Shown: in pieces, positions 1 through 12,074 of the stretch
Layout of the letters: every line of letters starts with the position of its first letter
Numbering within the stretch: position 1 is the stretch's first letter
Assembly: GCA_951406725.2 (NCBI GenBank)
Contig: OX597817.1
Coordinates: forward strand, 3,286,001-3,350,000
Direction of reading: 5' to 3'
Source of the DNA: Octopus vulgaris
Lineage: Eukaryota
DNA: 64,000 bases
Position numbers and translations under genes: made by a program
The notes under the pieces: generated by a model
Databases searched by the model: none
Seen by the model: the letters and a program-made list of their open reading frames with translations, nothing else
What the model was told of the DNA's origin: nothing

Positions 1-16
1 CACACACACATATATG

Positions 17-363
17 GAGGAAACCACCTTTGGTCATGAATGACCATGCAATAGCACCTAGAAAGCACCTAGAAAGTTACCCTCCGAGGCACAAGTCCGG
101 GCAAGGTTGTTTATGGAAGACCAGCAGTCACCCATGCATACCGACCTCCCCTCAACACGATACCAGTGTTATCCAAGGGAAAGGTAAAGGCCGATACAGC
201 TTGGCACCTGTGACATTCCGACTCATTTCTACAGCTGAGTGAAGTGGAGCAACATGAAATAAAGTGCCTTGCTCAAGAACACAACACACATCCCAGTCCA
301 GGAATTGAACTCACAACCTCATGATCATAAGCTCGATGCTTTAACCACTGAGCCATGCACCTT

Positions 364-366
<3 letters not shown>
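17..366 (-). mobile_element. tRNA-derived SINE, family D
   Basis: Reverse complement of the 36016-36352 copy; A-box-like TGGCTCAGTGG head. Confidence 0.85.
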
Positions 367-405
<39 letters not shown>

Positions 406-1526
406 CGCACATATATATATACACCCCTCCATTCCCACACAGGAGGTTGGTCCTTGGACCTTCAACATCATGGAAGAAAGACTAAAGCCTAAGATGACTG
501 GCAATATGTGATACTCAAAAAGACCTGCCAATTTCAGCAAAACTGAAAAATTTTGGAAGCACAGTGTAAGTATGTGCACAAGTGACCCTCCATCCTGACT
601 CACCCAATTTTCTCCTCAATCCATTTCCACTACCTATCATCTTTTTTTCTTACTGATACTTTCAATACCTGCCAAACTGCATTATTATTATTGTGCACCT
701 ATTCATCCCTTTCTGTACAGTCAGCCACACCTATTTCTCTCACCTTTCCCCATCTCATTTGTATCACTGATCCCCAACAACCCTTATTCACCATTCACTT
801 CATCTTTTAATTCTATCCAATTTCTACGGTTATCATCTACTCTTTCCTATCTTCTCGGGCACATATATTTATCATCCCACAACACCTGTTCTTCATTCAT
901 TATATTCATCCCTTCGCCCATTACCCATCTCTAATCCCCTCTCACTTTCCCCATACAATCTTGCAAACTACACCCACCCATCCACTTTCCCTGTTCTTGT
1001 ATTTCCATTCATTACTACTCCTTTTGTACCTTATGGGTTCACACTGACACCTCATCACCACTATTTTATCTCTCTGTACAGCTCCCTGCTGTTTACTCCC
1101 TCTGTCTCTTTTATAATGTGAGTAGCAATGTATCTCCTCTACAACATGAAACCTGTTCTTTTCTGAACATTTCTCTCACATTTTAGCCTCTCATTTCATA
1201 CTATGAAACTGCCTCCCTCTCAAAAAATATACCACCACTCAATTAAAAGGGATTGTAAGTTGTGTGATTCCACACTGGTACTAATACAACTAAAAGAAAT
1301 GCAGTCAGGATGCTCTGTAGAGTGACTGGCATTAAGAGGGCATCCAATAATAGAAGAAACCATGCCAATGCAAATATTGAAGCACGATGCTGTCTTCAAA
1401 CCTGTTGGACCCTGTCAAACCATCCAACTCACGCCAGTATGGAAGATGGACTTTAAAAGATGATAATGATGATAATAGAAACATTATTATTTCTGAATAA
1501 GATTACAGTCACCTGTACTAGATATT

Positions 1527-1666
1527 AATATAGGACAAAAGCTGCCGTTGATTAGCTCCAAGAGGCCATCTCCTCTAGCTAGCTTGGACACAGGTTTGTG
1601 TGTCATATAGCTAGCTAGAGGCGATGGCCTCTTGGAGCTAATCAATGGCAGCTTTTGTCCTATATT
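1527..1666. repeat. Near-perfect 140-bp palindrome (hairpin/MITE-like)
   Basis: AATATAGGACAAAAGCTGCCGTTGATTAGCTCCAAGAGGCCATCTCCTCTAGCTAGCT is mirrored by its reverse complement, with 2 mismatches and a short central spacer. Confidence 0.9.
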
Positions 1667-3704
1667 TATGGACTGCCATATTAGCTTGGCGATAACTATT
1701 AATGATGATAATGATATTTACATACTCATGCCTACATATGCTTACACACATGTGCGCACACACACACACACACACACATACACACGTGCATGTATATATA
1801 TTTATATAAACATATATGTATTAAGAAATAAATGTTTCACACAGAAAAGCTATATTTCCAATTTACAGAGACTATATGTCTTTCTTAGGAGTATAAATGG
1901 TATGATTAGTGTACTTGGGGATTTTCTCCATCAATTTCTACTCTTTATGTGGAGTAAGTAAAAGTTATAGAATTTCATCCAGTTTATAAAGCAAAGAAAA
2001 CTATTTCTTTGTGGTTAAAAGTATTTTCATCTCATCATTATTGCTTCCTTTAAAAATACATAAATTTTATCATTCATTCCTTATTAAATAAACTTACGAG
2101 TGACCCTTAAATTATCTTTGTTTTTCTAAATATGCCATCTAGTCCTTGTGTGTTAATTGTGGAGTTCACTTTGTTGCAAATGTTGGCCTCTCTTTCAACT
2201 CTTCTGTTGCAAAAATGTTGAGACTGGTTGCCTTACTTTCACTAATTCTAGAGAACCTGTAAAGTTTTAATACTGCTTCTCCTCTTCTGATTAATTTCTA
2301 TAAAGCAACTAATCTGATTTGAAAGAATAAAGCAAGCTTGTTAGTAATTAAAAACATTGAAGCTATCTGAAAACACAGGGATAGTTCTAAAGACACAGTG
2401 AGAAATATTCTAGGTGGATATCTAACTCAATTATCAGAGAATTATTTTCAAAATAACGTTAATTCAGAATTTATTCAGTTTTCAATGAATTTATCTATGT
2501 TTCGAAACAAACTCTTCAGTTGTGATTTGTGGAACTCATTATTTTCTCTGAGCAGCGCAGTTACTATTGTATTGCCAACATGAAGTCAGTAATGCAACAT
2601 TGTTTGCAGCTAACAGAAAGCTATAAACAGGAACACATGATTTCAATTGTTTTCTAACTCTATTGCATCATTTAATTCCATTCTTTGTCTTTCTTAGAAC
2701 TGCTGTAGCTCAAATGAGTTTACATTTCTCAGGGAAAAAAGGGAGGGCATAATAGTCATTTTGTAGCTCTGTTGGTAAGAACATTCAACTGAATTCAATT
2801 CTTGTTGACATAAATATTTTGGACTCTGTTTTTTTTTATATTTTTTTTGCAGCAGTATCATGGTCGTTGTCATTGTCACCACCACCACCACCACCACCAC
2901 CACCATTATTTTATTTCTGTCTTCCATGCAAGCATGAGTTGGCTGGTTGAACAGGACTTCAAAATGTCAGGAGTCTATGTAGTGTTCCTGTCTGCTTTGG
3001 TATGGCTTCTATAGATAGTTGCCCTTCCTAATGCCAACCACCTGACAAAGTGTACTTGGTGCTTGTTTGGGGCCCTCAGTAAAGCTGCTATGTAACTTAC
3101 AAGATAGAAAAATCTTTTGACTAATTGGGAATATAGTAGAGAGCGGGTGACTTTATGCTAGGTGTTAAGTATGATAGAAGAAACAAGAAATGCATGTCCA
3201 CCCAACATCATATAACGAGGACAGTAATTGGATGGAGTTGGAAAGAGGTATAAAGATGGTTATGAAATGTCAGAGGATACCTTCAAGAAGATGATAAATA
3301 GAAGATAGTGTGGAGGACAAACGATCAAGAAGGATGGGTAAAAGCTGCAAGTGTGTGATGAGGGTCGGGATAAATGCAGTGAATGGTGAACAAAGGTGAA
3401 GGGATGAACAATAGTTAATATAAATTGAGAGAGAAGGTGATAAGAGTGAGCGGGTGAAGGTCAGCAGAATTAGTTCAGAGGATGGGGAGATGGTTGTCAA
3501 TACGAAAACAGTGAAGAGCAAGAGAATAATAGTGAAATCGTGAAGCTGAAACATTAAGGAGATGACAGGTGGGGGTGGATGGATGCCAGTTGCAGGAATG
3601 GTGGGATAGAGTGTGAGGTATGTATTGTGAGGGAGATGGGAAGAGGTTAGAAGTATAGAAAGGTAACTGGAGTGAATGCCAAAAAGGAAAAAAAAAGACA
3701 GTGA

Positions 3705-4005
3705 TCGTCTGGCCTTCGTGCCGGTGACACGTAAAAAGCACCATCCGATCGTGGCCGTTTGCCAGCCTCATCTGGCACCTGTGCAGGTGGCACGTAAAAA
3801 GCACCATCCAATCGTGGCCGTTTGCCGGTGGCACATAAAAAGCACCCACTACACTCACGGAGTGGTTGGCATTAGGAAGGGCATCCAGCTGTAGAAACAC
3901 TGCCAGATCAGACTGGGCCTGGTGCAGCCTTCTGGCCTCCCAGACCCCAGTTGAACCGTCCAACCCATGCTAGCATGGAAAGCAGACGTTAACCGATGAC
4001 GATAA
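3705..4005 (+). mobile_element. SINE family B (GGCRTTAGGAAGGGCATCCAGC core, (ATG)n tail)
   Basis: Tandem GGCACGTAAAAAGCACC units, then the conserved core and a CCAACCCATGCTAGCATGGAAAG..GACGTTAA-(GAT)n end shared with more than 12 copies in the window. Confidence 0.85.
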
Positions 4006-5529
4006 TGGCATGGTTGATAGTAGACATGAGACTCTGTTAAGAATGAGGTTTAGGTGTCAGTAGGAAGTGGATCAGAACAGAGGAAAAGATAACTGATAGC
4101 ACAGAAAAGGTGATCAATGGAAAATGTGAGTGGAGAGTAATGATAAAAAAATAAGAGTTGGATGTCTAAAGGAAGAGTTTCTAGGGAAAGGATGATATAA
4201 CTGTTAACACAAACAGGGATGGAAACATTTTTTACGCAAAGACATCCCCATAAATCCCATCATTTTGAAGGCTGTGGTTTAAAAAAACAATGGGGAAAAT
4301 CCCTGAAAATATTTCCCCCACAAATTTCTTTATAATCATAATCTATGCTATTTGAAAGGTATTTGTATTAACTTTCATTAAAAGATACCTATTTTCCTGA
4401 AAGTTATGAGGGGGAAAAGTCAGATCATGTGAATTTTCTGAAACTCCTCTCTCCACCCCCTCAGAAAACTTCTTTCCCATAAATCCCAATATACTCAGAA
4501 GCCACAACATCTAAGCAGTATTTGTAGAAAATTTTGTTAAAAAGTATCCATTTTTCTGGATGTTATAAGGCAACAAAGTCGGGGGCGTATACATCTGTAG
4601 TAATGCCCTTTTATTTATTTGATTTTTTTCATTTCACGTTTATTTCCTTCATTGTTTGCAATGTTCTCTCTCCCCCTACCCCCTCTCTCTCTCTCAAAAA
4701 GTAGAGCTGAGGGGGCATGGATTTACACTATTAGTTATGGTAGTGTCAAAAAGAACAACACTATCTATTGCAAACACGAACAGCATTAAAAAGATAAATA
4801 AAAGCAGACAAACCAATAACACTTGTGGCATGAAGTATATGAAGAGAATATAAAGATAAGGATGAGGGTAATAGATGGAAGTTGAGATAAGGTAAAGTGA
4901 ATAATTAATCTTGAACAAAATCGTATTAGGATTGTAAAATTGGCTTTCCAATCATGATAGGTTTATGGTATTTGGGCAGAAAGATTCCAGGCTGGCAGAG
5001 AGACAGGTTGCATACTTATGTAGTTATCTTATGACATCACATGACTTTTGTTGTTTACAAAGACATATATATATCACAGACATGTATAAGGTTTCCAACA
5101 GCTCATATATATGATATACATTCATATAAACATTCATACATATACATATATAAATATATACACACACACACATATATACATATATACATACATATATAAA
5201 TACATGCATACATACATAAACATACATTATATACATGTATATGTACATACATTACACACACACACAAAGCCAGAATAACACATATTGACCTCATTCCATC
5301 TACACACTGTTCCATGTACATTTACATACTTATAACCACAGGCATAGACTACAGGAACAAGTTGACCTGCTGCTACTGCTAGTATTGTATAATTTGTATC
5401 TTGGATCATGGTTATTTGTTAGCTTCTTCCAGGGTAACAATATGCTCTCGAAAAGGGCTTAGACATATGTATCAAAATTGGCAGCAGGCCACGGGTTGAG
5501 GCAAATGAAATCGAAATCAAATTCGATGA

Positions 5530-5990
5530 CTGGCATCCATGCTAGTGGAGTGCTAAGCAGTACCATACGAGTATGATCGTTGCCAGAGCAACAAGCTGGC
5601 CTCTGTGCCAATGGCTCATAAAAAAACACCATTCGAGTGTGATTGTTACCTGTGTTGCCTTACTGGCACTTGTGCTGGTGGCACATGAAAAAACATTCGA
5701 GTGAGGTCCTTGCCAGTGCTGCTGGACTGGCTCCTGTGCAGGTGGCACATAAAAAGCACCACTTGAGTGTGGCCATTGACAGTACCGCCTGACTGGCCCT
5801 CGTGCTGGTGGCATGTAAAAGCACCCACTACACTCTCGGAGTAGTTGGTGTTAGGAAGGGCATCCAGCAGTAGAAACACTGCCAGATCACATTAGAGTCT
5901 GGTGCAGCCATCTGGTTCGCCAGTCCTCAGTCAAATCATCCAACCCATGCTAGCATGGAAAGCGGACGTTAAATGATGATGATGATGATT
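5530..5990 (+). mobile_element. SINE family B, long form with several internal units
   Basis: Same core and (ATG)n tail, preceded by about 5 diverged GGCAC(G/A)TAAAAAGCACC units. Confidence 0.85.
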
Positions 5991-6891
5991 GACTGACCAG
6001 TGGATATAAACTAAGATCCCCTTCAAGTAAGTGGCACTAAATAGACAAGGAGACATCTTTATGCTAGAAGATGAAAGGTTAACGACTAAAGGAAGGAACT
6101 GGAATGGCTTTTTTGGTGTAGAGGAGATCGATATCTGGCTGCTCTTATTATACAAAAGTGGGTGAGTGTAATTAGTGTGAAACTGGAAAGGGAGATAAAG
6201 GTAGCGGTGATGAGGTATCGGTGGAAGCCCTAGGGGCAGAAGTACAGTAACGGTGAGTGGGTAGAGGTTGCAGAGGTGTATGGAGAGGGTGAGAGATGGC
6301 TAGAGATAAGGTAGGGGTATGAATAAAGTGAATGATTAACAACGGTTGAGATGGAAAGTGGAGGTGGTTGATTATAAATATGAGTTGGGTAGAAGGTGGG
6401 AGAGGGTAAATGTGGACTAGAGGTTGGATAGGACTGAAGGGTGAATGAAGTAAATGGTGGAGGGTGAGTCACAGAGAATGACAGGGAGAGTAGGTACTAC
6501 ACAGATACACAGTCTATACACTGCATCTGCCAAATAGCATTTTCTTTGGCTAAATGCCATAAAATTGTCAACAATCACTTTCTTTTACTTTCTTCTCATG
6601 ATATATGTATATATATACCATTAGTGGTTCCTCTTGTAGTCGACATTTTGCTATTGTTTGGCAGAATTGTTAGAGCATTGGACAAAATAAAAATAGCCGC
6701 ATTTCTTTCAGTTCTTTACATTTTGAGTCCAAATTCTGTCAAGAAGGATATTGTCTTTCATCTTTTCAGTGTAAATAAAATAAATACCAGCAAAGTACTA
6801 AGGTTAATGTAATTGATTAACTTCCTTCCCTAGCTTTGTACCAATTTTTAAAAGCATCATCTTTATTATCATTATCTTTATTATATTATTA

Positions 6892-7270
6892 AGGCAGTAA
6901 GCTAGCAGAACCGTTAGCATGTTGGGTAAAATGCTTAATGGTATTTCCTCTGAGTTCAAATTCCACTGAGGTCGAATTTGCCTTTCATCCTTTTGGGTGG
7001 ATTAAATAAGTACCAGTTATGCACTGGGGTCGATATAATTGACTTAATCCGTTTGTCTGTCCTTGTTTGTCCCCTCTATGTTTAGCCCCATGTGGGTAGT
7101 AAAGAAATAGGTATTTCATCTGTCTTTATGCATTCTGAGTTCAAATTCCGCTAAGGTCAACTTTACCTTTCTTTCTTTCAGATAAAGTAAGTAGCAGTTG
7201 AGTATTGGGGTCAATGTAATCAACTTATACCTCCCTCAGAAATGCTGGCTTTGTGCCAAAATTTGAAATC
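6892..7270 (+). mobile_element. SINE family E (GCCTTTCATCCTTT.GGGGTCGAT core), nested/duplicated
   Basis: Matches the 14052-14292 (-) and 46924-47156 (+) copies; B-box-like GAGTTCAAATTCC. Confidence 0.8.
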
Positions 7271-7419
7271 GTTATTATTATTTTACCTTTGATTTTGGCT
7301 AGATAACAAATAACTGCTAAAAAAAACAAAACACAAACAAGCTTTTTAGAGTAATGTTATTGTTCAACAGAGCTTATGACCATGTTGGGTTAGAAATATA
7401 AAAAACCGGAAAGAAAGAC

Positions 7420-7560
7420 AATGAATCTAAAGCTTTCTCAGTTTTGGCAAATAATTTTAGGTCATCCATATACAGGAGATGGTTCATTTTCTCATTGCTG
7501 CTAAACTTGTAGCATGATTGAACTTCTCTCGAGATCAAATGTAAGAGGGATAAGAGCATC
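7420..7560 (-). pseudogene. Non-LTR reverse transcriptase fragment (R4/Dong-like)
   Basis: Translation ...NEKMNHLLYMDDLKLFAKTEKALDSL contains the YMDD catalytic motif in a context typical of R4-clade RTs. Confidence 0.7.
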
Positions 7561-9092
7561 TATCAATAGCAGTGGTAAGAAGTTTGCTTCATTGCCACAT
7601 AGTTCCAGGTTCAGTCCCACTGCATGATACCTTGGTCAAGTATTAACTACTAAAGCTCTAACCAAAGCCTAATGAATGGATTTGGTAGACAGAAACCCAA
7701 AAAGCCCATTATATATAAGTTCTTAAATCTAACAGGAAAAAGTGGGTTGGTAGGTTGGTGTAATCACACTTATTGCTAATATAAGAGGTGTGGGTTTGAT
7801 TCCCAAAGCAAGCTAACACTCACTTCTTCCATGGAGGGCTTATAAGCCTCAATGTTACATCATTTTCTTTAGCCAATACACAGTGAATTTTGATAAGCTT
7901 TAAGCTTATTATTATTATTATTGACAGAATTTTCACTTGTAACTGTTTCTTCCTTCAATGCAGAATACACAACCTGTGTCGTCACAAGTTCACATCAGAT
8001 TACGTTTACATGTTGAATAGCTAACAAGTGCATATGTGTAAGGGACAGACTGGAGTTCACTACTTATTAGAGTGCTTGAAGTTTAGTACCAACAAAAAAT
8101 GAATGAACATTTTGGCCAATCAAATTCGTATGAATTTCTTTGAACAATTGACAACATGGATAGTTGACCTCCTTTTCCTCTTAGACTTAGAATCTACATC
8201 ATTCCTGTTTTTATTTTTATTTTCCTGATAACATAAAAATACTAGCCCTTTGGTTTTTTTTTTAATTGCTTTAAAAAGAGTTTTTCCTTATGTTATATAA
8301 ACAAAGTTATATGTTTGCACTGCCAGCCATCTTATGATGGTACATAGTTTTGCAACGAATTACTATATTTCTCCGAAGATCTGGCATTTCAACCTATTTG
8401 TGCAATCATTTACATAATGATTAACAAATAACATACCAGTATTCAGCAGTGAAAAACATAAGATAAAGTAATTCATGATCTTGTAATAACAACACTTAAA
8501 CCAACCAACTATTTTATTCTGCTCTCAGACATACAGCAATAAATTATTCAAATGTAAATATTACCTCCCAGCATTTAACACTCCATAAAATATGGATTTA
8601 CAAAAACTTACATGCAGCTGGAAATGTTACTTAATTATTGCCCTGCCTCAGTCAAGGCAATGTTACTAGACTATATGTTCAATATATATATATATATAAA
8701 AGAGCACAAATGGCATTTAAAATTTACAACTGCTGTTCTAGTAGAATTTTATTGATGCATTCATAGATTGCATCATAACATAAAATCCTAGAATATTATC
8801 ATACCTTTATTCTTTTACACATTTCAGCCCTAAATCTGTGGCCATGCTTGAGCACCATCATCATTTAACATCTGTTTTTCATGCTGGCATAGGTTGGTTT
8901 GTTTGACAAGAACTGGACTGGCTTTAGAGCTGTACTATGTTCCAGCCCGATTCACCTAGGTTTCTAAAGCTGGATGTCCTTAATGCTAACCACTTTACAG
9001 AATGAGCTAGGTGCTTTTTACATGGCACCAGCATGGGTGTTTGCTCATGAAGTGGTGCAGTTGCTTTACACATGGAGTACTTTACTTGTACT

Positions 9093-9432
9093 TGTGACGG
9101 AATTCACCCAGGGCGGGTTGAGCTGGCTTCTTCTCTGGTTCTAACGGCATCACCTAAAGTCCCAAAAGTCCAGCCCCTCCTACCCTAAAGTCCAAACCCT
9201 TCTCTACCCTAAAGTCCAACCCCTCCTCAAAGCGGTTTGGTGGTGTAAATGGGCAGTGTCAAAGCTATGCCGTTGGGAACTTCGGTTCCTGGTAGGGCCA
9301 CCCAAGGCAGATTGGTCTGGCATCGAGCGGTATTAAGGTCGCCAAGAGGCGTCTGATTGGCAACTGGCAGCTTCGAGGTCGTTCTGTCACTGTGTCTGTG
9401 GAGATGCCGCGGCAAACAGGGCATCCCGTCAC
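9093..9432 (+). mobile_element. GC-rich repeat island carrying an RTE-type 5'-UTR motif
   Basis: AGCTATGCCG...AGGGCCACCCAAG..GA..GGTC resembles the 5' UTR of RTE/BovB LINEs (from recall); ends GTGACGGAAT / ATCCCGTCAC form a 9/10 inverted repeat. Confidence 0.45.
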
Positions 9433-9538
9433 TCGGGATATGCATGCGGGATGTCAGGGACCGATTGTGAATTCAATATTCCCACAAAACTTCTTCGATG
9501 AATCCTACTACTACCATATATGGAGTGGCATAGATGCT

Positions 9539-9588
<50 letters not shown>

Positions 9589-10344
9589 GAACATACATAC
9601 ATACAATCATCAATTTTTATGTTCACTTTACCATGTTTGTATGCAATGATCACACTCGAATGGTACTTTTTAGATGCCACCAGCAAGGGAGCCAGTCAGC
9701 AGCCCTGGCAACGGTCAGGCTTGAATACATATATATAAAATATATGTTAATATATATATACACACATGTATTTATATAAAATGAATAAGATGTATAAGCA
9801 CATCCATCCGTATGTGTGTGTGTGTGTATATATACAGAGAGAGAGAGGAGAGAGAGAAGGAGAGGGGGGAGGGAAGGAAATATAATAATCCTTTAGGGTC
9901 CATGTTCTTTGCTGGCATGTGATGGTTTGACAGAATCTGGTGGGTTCAATGACTGCATCATGCTTAAATGTTAGCTTTTCCATGTTCCTTATAGCTGAAT
10001 ACTCTCCCTAACACCAACCCCTTTACAGCATGCATAGGGTGATGTTTTCTGTTTTTTGTGGCAGCAGCCCTAGTAAGGTCAATGTATAGCTTGCACAATT
10101 AAGATTCCCTTTAAATGAGTCAGGCTGCAGTGGAAAGGGGCCAGAACAGATTTCTTGCTGTAGAGGAGAAACATGACTACTCACATTATGTAAGGGAGAA
10201 TGCGAATAACTGGATGGAGCTAGATAATGATAAAAATAATGATGAGAAGGTCTCAGGCTGGACCCTCAAAGTACAAAGGGAGTAGAAGTGACTGGGGGAC
10301 GCTAAGTATATGTCGGATAGAAAGTAAGAAAGAGTAGGCAAGAA

Positions 10345-10732
10345 CTCTTTTACTCTTTTACTTGTTTCAGTCATTTGACTGCAGCCATGCTGGAGCACCA
10401 CCTTTAGTCGAGCAAATTGACCCCAGGACTTATTCTAGGTAAGCCTAGTACTTATTCTATTGGTCTCTTTTGCCGAATCGCTAAACACACCAGCATCAAT
10501 CGTCAAGCGATGTTGGGGGGACAAACACAGACACACAAACACATACACACACACACACATATATATACATATATATAACGGTCTTCTTTCAGTTTCCATC
10601 TATCAAATCCACTCGCAAGGCTTTGGTCGGCTGGAGGCTATTGTAGAAGACACTTGTCCAAAGTGTCACATAGTGGGACTGAACCCGGAACCATGTGGTT
10701 CGTAAGTAAGTTACTTACCACACAGCCACTCT
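10345..10732 (-). mobile_element. tRNA-derived SINE, family A
   Basis: A-box TGGCTGTGTGG, B-box GGTTCAGTCC, internal (TA/TG)n, tail GGTGCTCCAGCATGG..GCAGTCAAATGACTGAAAC-(AAGAGTAA). Confidence 0.9.
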
Positions 10733-10903
10733 TACATCTATAGAACTGTAGAAATTGGGTAGAGTTGGGGGATGGGGTGGATTTAATGATCGGTACATAA
10801 GGGGTGGTAGATGCACAATGATACAATGTGTTGGACAGTAGTAAGGGAAGACCAGCAGAACAGTGGCAACAGAACAGTATACAGAGGAAGAATGAACGAG
10901 TGG

Positions 10904-10934
<31 letters not shown>

Positions 10935-11149
10935 AGAGAGAAATGATTTGTATGTATTGTGATTGAAGGTGACCAATGTAAAATTTGAATGCAGAGGACA
11001 GGAGTAAGATGGATATGTGGTAAGAGGGAAAAACTGGTGAAGTATGCAGATACACAAGACAAAACATGCGCACATGGGCATGCACACACACACACACACA
11101 AATATGTGTATATACACACATTATGTTCCAGAATCTTAGTTTTGCAGAG

Positions 11150-11520
11150 ATGGGTGGGTCTTCCTTAGAACTGCCTATTGACAGTCATCCTGGTCCTTTA
11201 GCCTCTCCTCCATCAGATTCAAGGGCCTGGGGTGAGCCTCTACTATTTTAACACATATCTTCCCAGGTCTCCTTTGGAAACTTCATTCCCATTAAATGAT
11301 AATCCTTTCTTTATACAGCTCTCCTCAACCATGCCTAACACATGTCCATTCTAACACAGCTTTCATTCTTGTAACCTGCATCTGATTCCTCTTTTATACC
11401 CAGTTTTTCTCTCAAGACATTCGTACTTTGTTGTTCATACGCACTTACACTGCACATCCAAAGAAGCATGGTAGCTTAATTATTTTCTGTCTTCTCAAGT
11501 CCTCTGCATTCTGGCCCATG
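11150..11520 (-). pseudogene. RTE-clade LINE C-terminal fragment, degenerate
   Basis: Reverse strand reads MLLWMCSVS...VLREKLGI, resembling the RTE ML(R)WMCGV...LR.KLG region; similar fragment at 48050-48330. Confidence 0.55.
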
Positions 11521-12074
11521 ACTACAATGTATGGATATACACACATGCTCACATATACATACACGAGAACATGGATATATGTAGCTAAGGATTATATTTA
11601 CATGTGTTCGTATGTATGTGTGAGAGTGTGCCTAAGTCTGTACACATATCTAGAATTACACAGTTAAGTTTTCAACTGTACAGCAAACTTTTACTAGGCA
11701 TTAGTTTAAGAATATTCATTCTAAAATAAAAAAAAATATTTTGAAACCAAAATAAGTGTTACCGCAAAGGCTTCCGTATAAATTCTTTTTATTAAAAATC
11801 TATTTATTTCAGCTCACTACTCATTAATTTTCATTGAATTGCAATCAAATTTTCTCCTCAAATATTAAATGCGAAACTAAAGAAGCAGACTCGGTGTTTA
11901 ATGATAGTCATCAAAAGTACTGAAAGAGAATTTATAATTACTTTATTGAAATCCTAAGTGAATAATGCTTGCTATTAGGAGACTGTTGTGAGCAAGATTA
12001 CACACACACACACACACTAGCAAACAAACACACAGATACAAACACATATATGAATGAATTAAACAATTACTTAC

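Noticed and set aside
5540-5826. CRISPR-like repeat/spacer appearance in family B SINEs
   Set aside because: Eukaryotic context, degenerate repeats, spacers homologous to each other and across copies, no cas genes.
8307-8393. Possible terminal coding exon VEMPDLRRNIVIRCKTMYHHKMAGSANI* (minus strand, phase 0)
   Set aside because: Weak pyrimidine tract and no recognisable domain; cannot be supported without transcripts.
11943-12074. C-terminal 43 aa of the 644-aa ORF
   Set aside because: Lies after a consensus GTAAGT donor and contains (TG)n; probably intron read-through.
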